The notes beneath the pieces are model-generated. The model was given only the letters and a program-made list of their open reading frames with translations. It was not told the DNA's origin and did not search any database. Positions 33,360 through 38,337 of a stretch of 38,337 bases of DNA are shown piece after piece. This stretch comes from an uncultured Methanomicrobia archaeon (GTDB lineage Archaea; Halobacteriota; Bog-38; Methanoflorentales; Methanoflorentaceae), in contig CAZHSW010000099.1 of NCBI GenBank assembly GCA_964534635.1, positions 1 to 38,337 on the forward strand, in the 5' to 3' direction. A program made the position numbers and the translations under genes. Every line of letters begins with the position of its first letter. The first letter of the stretch is position 1.

Positions 33360-34767
33360 ACTTTGCGCACGATTGTGTGAAATTGCGGGCAAGGTTCGGG
33401 TACGAGAGGGGGTGAACGTGCGTGTATGAGGCCAACGTCTGCTGCACTTGTATACCGTCGCAGCCGCCTGAAATGCCCCTGCCTTTTTGGAGGGCAAAGG
33501 CAAAGGTGAGCTTGCTGCTCGTTTCGGCGAGCGTTGAATAGTGAAATTCGTGGCCTCGAAACTGAGTTCCTTTCGGCCCAATGACAGTATCGCGAACCGT
33601 CGTGCCGGAAACGTACCCTATAACCCTATTTTTCACCATGGTTGTGCTTGCCGGAATGACACCGGTCATTCTCGAGGTCTTTCCGCCGTAAGTAAGCGAC
33701 TCGGCCAGATACATGAGACCTCCACATTCTGCGACGATAGGCATCCCCGCTTGGGCGCAGCACTTGATTGACTCTCGCATTGTGCGGTTATGCTCAAGCT
33801 CGCTGCCGAAAAGTTCGGGATACCCCCCGCCTAAGTAGATACCGTCAACCTGCAGAACCTCCTTATCGTGCAAAGGACTGAAAAAGACGATCTCGGCGCC
33901 ATTTAGTGAGAACAGATCGAAAAGATCGTTGTAATAGAAGTTGAAAGCCTCATCGTAGGCGATACCTATTCTCACTTTTTTTTCGAGCTCTGCTTCTCTC
34001 GGACGTGAGGCGACAAATGACCGCTGCTTCCGTAGCGGTAGCGGCGCAGCATCTGCTGCGATTTGGAACACTTTGTCGATGTCAACGCAATCGCGAATAA
34101 TCGCTTCGATATTTTCAAGCCTTTTTTCGAAAGTTATATCTCTTTTTTGCCCTTCAGTAGCAGGAACAAGCCCTAAGTGCCGCATAGTCAGATGTATGGC
34201 GTTGGTACGCGGGATCTGGCCGATGACGTCGATCTCCGTGTAATGTTCGATCGCTTCTTTCGCTTTTGTTGCGTGGACTGGGCTTCCAATGTTGTTGAGT
34301 ATGACGCCCTTAATGTCAACTCCGCGATCAAAAGAACGGTACCCTTCTACCAGTGCAGCCGCGCTTCGTGTGATGCTTCGTGCGTCAACAACGAGTATAA
34401 CCGGCGAGCGGAGCGCCTTCGCAATTTCTGCGGTGGTTCCTATATCACTAGTGCTCTCCAAGCCTTCATAAAGGCCTCGCACGCCTTCGATGATACCTAT
34501 ATCAGCGTCGCGAGCTGCGTGAGAGAAAATATCCGCGATAGCTTGACGGCTCATTAAAAAGCCATCGAGGTTGCGAGAGTAGCGTCCGGTGACTCGAGAG
34601 TGATAGCTCGGGTCTATGTAGTCGAGGCCCACTTTGAACGGCTGAACTACGCAACCTCTCTTTGTGAAAATCGACATTAAGCCAGCAGCTATCGTCGTCT
34701 TTCCTGCTGAACTGCGATCAGCTGCTATGAGAACACGGGGAATGTGAAGCTCGCTTTTGTTTGTCAT
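33319..34767 (-). CDS. cfbB: Cobyrinate/Ni-sirohydrochlorin a,c-diamide synthase (CbiA/CfbB family); cfbB inferred from context
   Basis: An N-terminal P-loop (RVLIAADRSSAGKTT) and a C-terminal GATase-like domain (IVAECGGLMYL, FRGHEFHYS) are present. It lies next to cfbD/E/A. ATG 34767 is preferred over TTG 34821. Confidence 0.75.
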   Translation of the reverse strand: MTNKSELHIPRVLIAADRSSAGKTTIAAGLMSIFTKRGCVVQPFKVGLDYIDPSYHSRVTGRYSRNLDGFLMSRQAIADIFSHAARDADIGIIEGVRGLYEGLESTSDIGTTAEIAKALRSPVILVVDARSITRSAAALVEGYRSFDRGVDIKGVILNNIGSPVHATKAKEAIEHYTEIDVIGQIPRTNAIHLTMRHLGLVPATEGQKRDITFEKRLENIEAIIRDCVDIDKVFQIAADAAPLPLRKQRSFVASRPREAELEKKVRIGIAYDEAFNFYYNDLFDLFSLNGAEIVFFSPLHDKEVLQVDGIYLGGGYPELFGSELEHNRTMRESIKCCAQAGMPIVAECGGLMYLAESLTYGGKTSRMTGVIPASTTMVKNRVIGYVSGTTVRDTVIGPKGTQFRGHEFHYSTLAETSSKLTFAFALQKGRGISGGCDGIQVQQTLASYTHVHPLSYPNLARNFTQSCAKFKDQTNRNTRSLE

Positions 34768-34962
34768 CGGCAGAAGAGGCCGGCAGATTCCAGAAAGCTC
34801 ATTTTTGGAGCAATCGGCCAAGCAGCTCGCTGTGGCGGCTGCAAGAGTGCTTTGCTAGTTCTGCCAGTCGTTCAAACAACGCTTTTTTATACTGTTTTTT
34901 TTGTGATGTACCCTCTTAGGCGTTGTTCCGCTTTTTAGGTCTGTCGCACATTGCCGCACGCT

Positions 34963-36099
34963 CTATCCGTTGCTCTCTAAAAAAATGGCGCGCATCGTGT
35001 CGCCAAGTTCTGAAGGGACGATATGACTCACGCCTAGCGTCCTTGGATGGAGGTCGATCTCGACTGTGACGTATTTGTGGCCAAGCTGCTTCAGTGGCAG
35101 CACTTGCCGAGGTCCGTTGGTGACGGAAAATATGATCTTTTGTTCGAGACTCGTCATCGGTACCGCGTGCGGAACGCCTAGCAGAACGGCGAAGTCATAG
35201 TCGCTGTAATGCTGGTCGATCAATCGTCCAGCACGTCTGCCGGTGACCGGGTACTCGTCTAATCCACCTGTGATGTGATCGATAGTTACACCGCTCTCAC
35301 TCAGGTCGTTTAGTATGTTTTCAGCGTGTCTTCGTAGCCGCGGGAGTCCTACGCTGACGTCTAAATTGGCCAAATTTCCAAGATGTTGATTCCCAGAGGC
35401 GTCAGCGATCTTTGAGATCGCGACGAGGATATCAGCAAACTGGTAAGCGGTCTCTTTCTTAGCGTTCAACACAACAAAGCCTTTCTTTTTGTGCTTGATA
35501 AGGGTGAGCAAATTCCGTGCAGTGGTATATTTCGTATCGCCGCGTGATGGCGGAATATATTCCAAACTTGCCACTCCAGACATCTTCTCTAGATCGGTAG
35601 CTTGCACGAGCAGCTCTGTTTGGCGTTTGCACTCAGTAGCATCCAACACGCCGGCACGAGCGGCTGCGACGAGCGTCGCAATCGCCCCGTAGGTGTTATC
35701 TCGATATCCCGCGTGGATCTCGACCTCTATTACCGGGCACGGTGGATTTGCCTCCACCACCGCCTGGTGGATATCTTCACCGATAATCATACTTGCACAC
35801 GAGCCAATCACGCCTAAAAGGCTTGGATTAAACAACTCGACTGCTCGACGTATCACGTTTCTGAGGGCTTTGTCTCCGCCAAAGACAAAATTGGTTTCAT
35901 CCATCGCCGTTGTGATTACGCGAATTCCATCTTCTTCGAGAAGTCGACTGTGTTTGAAGCAGCAGCCCGATGGCCCGTGTATTATCACTACGTCCGCTTC
36001 AAGATCCCTGAGCGTGTAGAGCGCTGCTACGATCGAGCTTGGTCTGGGGTGGATTATCTGGTCTGTGCGTGCGCGTTTTGGCTGCATTTTCGCTGACAT
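34963..36099 (-). CDS. cfbD: Ni-sirohydrochlorin a,c-diamide reductive cyclase, NifD/NflD-like subunit (methanogenesis marker 13)
   Basis: IHPRPSSIVAALYTLRDLEADVVIIHGPSGCCFKHSRLLEEDG..FVFGG is the nitrogenase component-1-like fold. The ~378 aa size fits, and it sits between cfbE and cfbB. Confidence 0.82.
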   Translation of the reverse strand: MSAKMQPKRARTDQIIHPRPSSIVAALYTLRDLEADVVIIHGPSGCCFKHSRLLEEDGIRVITTAMDETNFVFGGDKALRNVIRRAVELFNPSLLGVIGSCASMIIGEDIHQAVVEANPPCPVIEVEIHAGYRDNTYGAIATLVAAARAGVLDATECKRQTELLVQATDLEKMSGVASLEYIPPSRGDTKYTTARNLLTLIKHKKKGFVVLNAKKETAYQFADILVAISKIADASGNQHLGNLANLDVSVGLPRLRRHAENILNDLSESGVTIDHITGGLDEYPVTGRRAGRLIDQHYSDYDFAVLLGVPHAVPMTSLEQKIIFSVTNGPRQVLPLKQLGHKYVTVEIDLHPRTLGVSHIVPSELGDTMRAIFLESNG

Positions 36100-36103
36100 C
36101 GTA

Positions 36104-37417
36104 TCACCTCCACATTTTCACACACGAAATGATGACGTCCTGCACTACAGTCTGCGCCAGAGCTTTGCGCAAAGCGCTTTCCAAATCTGGGCAAGTCTCG
36201 TCTAAGCCCGTCTCCACGCGAAGCATCTGATCTCCGACGAGGATGACGTGATCGAGCCCGTCGGTTTCTGCAAGCGACGCTATAGCCGGCGGTGCTATTC
36301 CCTCACATACGTTTTTTCCCTCGACGCCCACGATGAGAACGGCACTGTGACCTGTCTTCTTAAACATAAGCCCGTAATTTATTGCGCGCTCGATGGACAG
36401 CTCGTCAAGACCAGAATTTGAGTTGTCGATAAGAACTCTTCCGCTTATTTCTGTCGCTATCATTCTTCCCATTACTCCTCGAAAGCTTGTGAGCGTCCGA
36501 CTGATCGTTTCTGGATCAAGGCTTGCCGAGAGCGCCGCGGCCGCAAAACATAATATTGTGTCTTTGTAGCTGGCAAAATCGTAACTGCCAGCAAGTACGA
36601 ACGGCACCTCTCCCGATATGTGGGCGCCGTCAACCCGAGTCAGGTCAGCAAATTCGATTTTCGCGTGATCACCTGCTGTTTTAGCATATCTCACGGTTGC
36701 GTTGTCGTTGCCGAATGTGTTTACACAGCGGGTCGGCTTAACGAAGGAGGTCACATCTGCTGACGCGACGACGCACGAGCTGGCCTTCGCGTTTGATATC
36801 ATCTGCAGTTTTGCAAATGTGGAGGTCTTTGTGTCTTGCCCGATGCCGTACTCCGGCGACAGTGTTGTGAGGACGTTTACGTCAGCAAGTCCGGTCCCGC
36901 CTAATGATACCTCAAAGATGCAGATCTCAGGATCGAAGTCAAACTCGGCCATAAGTTCAAGTGCCGTCAGTATATTTGCTGGAGTGATACTCAAGCGCTT
37001 TTTGGCGACATAACGCCCGTTTTCACGGAGTTCGAGTCCGTGGCTCGTAAGCAAAGCCGTCCTTCGGTCGCTATATGCGTTTCCTAGAAGTGACGCAGTA
37101 GTTGTCTTGCCTTTGACTCCGGTCACTTCAAACACGCACGCCGACTGCAATTTTTCGTTCGACCGGGCGATTTCGCCGACAGCTTGGTGATGCGTTAACG
37201 TCGGAATGTTCAGCGCTTCAACGCGTGCCATGAGGGCTGCCGGAGCGTGAACAGGAGCGATAACGACGTCAAAAGAGTGGATAGCATCAGCTGATGGTGG
37301 GTCGTGGTATATATCGAATGTGTCGGCGTCAGCTCCTATTTCCCGTAGTGACCTGCAAATCTGGCGCCCTCCGTGAATCGTATCAAAAACGGCTATTCGT
37401 TTACCGTCAAAGTCCAT
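36104..37417 (-). CDS. cfbE: Coenzyme F430 synthetase (Mur-ligase family)
   Basis: The Mur-ligase P-loop VTGVKGKTTTASLL is present in a 437 aa protein. It is tightly packed, with 7 nt to cfbA and 4 nt to cfbD. Confidence 0.82.
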   Translation of the reverse strand: MDFDGKRIAVFDTIHGGRQICRSLREIGADADTFDIYHDPPSADAIHSFDVVIAPVHAPAALMARVEALNIPTLTHHQAVGEIARSNEKLQSACVFEVTGVKGKTTTASLLGNAYSDRRTALLTSHGLELRENGRYVAKKRLSITPANILTALELMAEFDFDPEICIFEVSLGGTGLADVNVLTTLSPEYGIGQDTKTSTFAKLQMISNAKASSCVVASADVTSFVKPTRCVNTFGNDNATVRYAKTAGDHAKIEFADLTRVDGAHISGEVPFVLAGSYDFASYKDTILCFAAAALSASLDPETISRTLTSFRGVMGRMIATEISGRVLIDNSNSGLDELSIERAINYGLMFKKTGHSAVLIVGVEGKNVCEGIAPPAIASLAETDGLDHVILVGDQMLRVETGLDETCPDLESALRKALAQTVVQDVIISCVKMWR

Positions 37418-37424
37418 ATGGAAA

Positions 37425-37817
37425 TTAGGCCTCTTGAAGCCTCTTAAGAGCTAAATCGGCTATGCAGGGGTCGATGCCGAGCGGCTCTGCATACACGATG
37501 TCAACACTTCTGTCGCCGAGAGAAAGCGTCGTTCGGCGTTGGCCATTTGTGAGCCCGAGAACCTCAGGTATATCCTTCAACGTGTGCGTTCCGTGAGCAA
37601 GGAAGAGCGGAAGCACATAAAGCGTCTTAACGCCGGTCTTGGTAAAGCTTGCGAGCCCCTCTTCGATAGTTGGATGGTCTATGTTCAGATAAGCAGTTTT
37701 CACGGTGGCGTTAGTCATTTTTTCCGCTAGCATCGCTGCGACAGCTTCGATTGTATTCTTGTTGTAGGCCAGCTTGCTGCCGTGACCGAGAATAAGCACT
37801 CCGCAGTTATCTTGCAT
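37425..37817 (-). CDS. cfbA: Sirohydrochlorin nickel/cobalt chelatase, small CbiX type
   Basis: The 130-aa CbiX(S) pattern is VLILGHGSK.., LPLFLAHGTH..DIP. GGAG lies ~10 nt upstream, and a TATA-like element (rc of 37855-37867) lies ~44 nt upstream. Confidence 0.88.
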   Translation of the reverse strand: MQDNCGVLILGHGSKLAYNKNTIEAVAAMLAEKMTNATVKTAYLNIDHPTIEEGLASFTKTGVKTLYVLPLFLAHGTHTLKDIPEVLGLTNGQRRTTLSLGDRSVDIVYAEPLGIDPCIADLALKRLQEA

Positions 37818-37905
37818 AGTCTTCTTCTCCGCTTTGAGTGCGGATGGTCCTTTTGATATTTAATACTAGACCTCAGTTGGCGACCGACGCTGTGTGCCAC
37901 GGCAG

Positions 37906-38337
37906 TTAAGCAAGTGTTTTGAGAGCGTCCGTCAGTTTGGGAAGCATCGTTATTGGGACGCCGACAATGAGTTCATCTTCTGTGACTTTCGCATACTTGC
38001 GGGAACCGGAACAGCCTAGCGTGAAGTTGATGCGATCTCGCACGAGTGGGGCCGCTACCGCATCGCCGCACAGCGATTGAATACCTGAAAAGTCAGCCGT
38101 ATTGCGTGAGTGCAACTCGTAAACGTTTGCTTGCGCGATCATCATCGCTTGACGCGGATTGACAACGAGCACGACTGCGTCGGGTTCAAAGGGCGTGTCG
38201 GCAAGGGGCGCGTACGCCGTGGCGTAGGTTTTGAAATCGACGTTTGGAATCGCTTCCATCACGTCAGCGGCGTGTTCCACCGAAGCGAACCGCCCAAGCT
38301 TGTAATAGAATTCACCGGATTTGATGTTTTCCGGGAT
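37906..38337 (-). CDS. DUF169-family protein; 5' end beyond the window
   Basis: The track ORF starts at GTG 38280, but the frame stays open to base 38337 (IPENIKSGEFYYKLGRFASVEHAADV..). The C-terminal ..VVLVVNPRQAMMIAQA..CGDAVAAP..NFTLGCSGSRKY.. resembles DUF169 as I recall it. Confidence 0.55.
   Translation of the reverse strand: MPENIKSGEFYYKLGRFASVEHAADVMEAIPNVDFKTYATAYAPLADTPFEPDAVVLVVNPRQAMMIAQANVYELHSRNTADFSGIQSLCGDAVAAPLVRDRINFTLGCSGSRKYAKVTEDELIVGVPITMLPKLTDALKTLA

Noticed and set aside
1-38337. A search of the whole window for rRNA, tRNA, CRISPR arrays, transposases, integrases, toxin-antitoxin pairs or defence-island genes.
   Set aside because: By eye I found no tRNA-like T-arm (GGTTCGAATCC-type) in any intergenic region. 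I found no regularly spaced repeats and no recombinase-like ORF. Every large ORF is accounted for by housekeeping or cofactor functions. A covariance-model scan would still be the decisive check for small RNAs.

Overview
This is a gene-dense, mostly housekeeping chromosomal segment from a methane-metabolising archaeon. Archaeal hallmarks are class I LysRS, archaeal-type GAPDH, the rpl7ae-rps28e-rpl24e-ndk operon, GHMP-type shikimate kinase, archaeal phosphopantothenate synthetase, a CTP-type riboflavin kinase fused to a wHTH (RbkR type), ABCE1 and an NFACT/RqcH homolog. Methanogen/ANME-type markers are O-phosphoseryl-tRNA synthetase (SepRS), methanogenesis marker 8 (DUF2099) and a coenzyme F430 cluster, cfbA-cfbE-cfbD followed by cfbB. 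No cfbC lies in the window. A System II cytochrome c maturation pair (short ResB/CcsB plus CcsA) is also present. That combination fits a cytochrome-containing Methanosarcinales/ANME-like lineage, but the species cannot be determined from sequence alone. I found no rRNA, tRNA, CRISPR array, transposase or integrase. Nothing amounts to a clear novel multi-gene system such as a defence island. The most interesting items are listed here. (1) Two cis-prenyltransferase paralogs have complementary motif loss, which suggests a heteromeric enzyme, and one sits next to a DUF92/VTE6-like membrane protein. (2) A same-strand array joins an AlkP-superfamily phosphodiesterase, methanogenesis marker 8 and a Cys/Met-family PLP enzyme. 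(3) The F430 cluster lacks cfbC and has a DUF169 gene upstream. (4) An 11-codon uORF with a strong Shine-Dalgarno ends in a GTGA overlap with the NFACT reading frame. (5) A candidate RbkR operator lies between the TATA box and the start of the ribK-ribB operon. Many genes appear to use GTG or TTG starts and 1-4 nt overlaps, so several start coordinates are uncertain.
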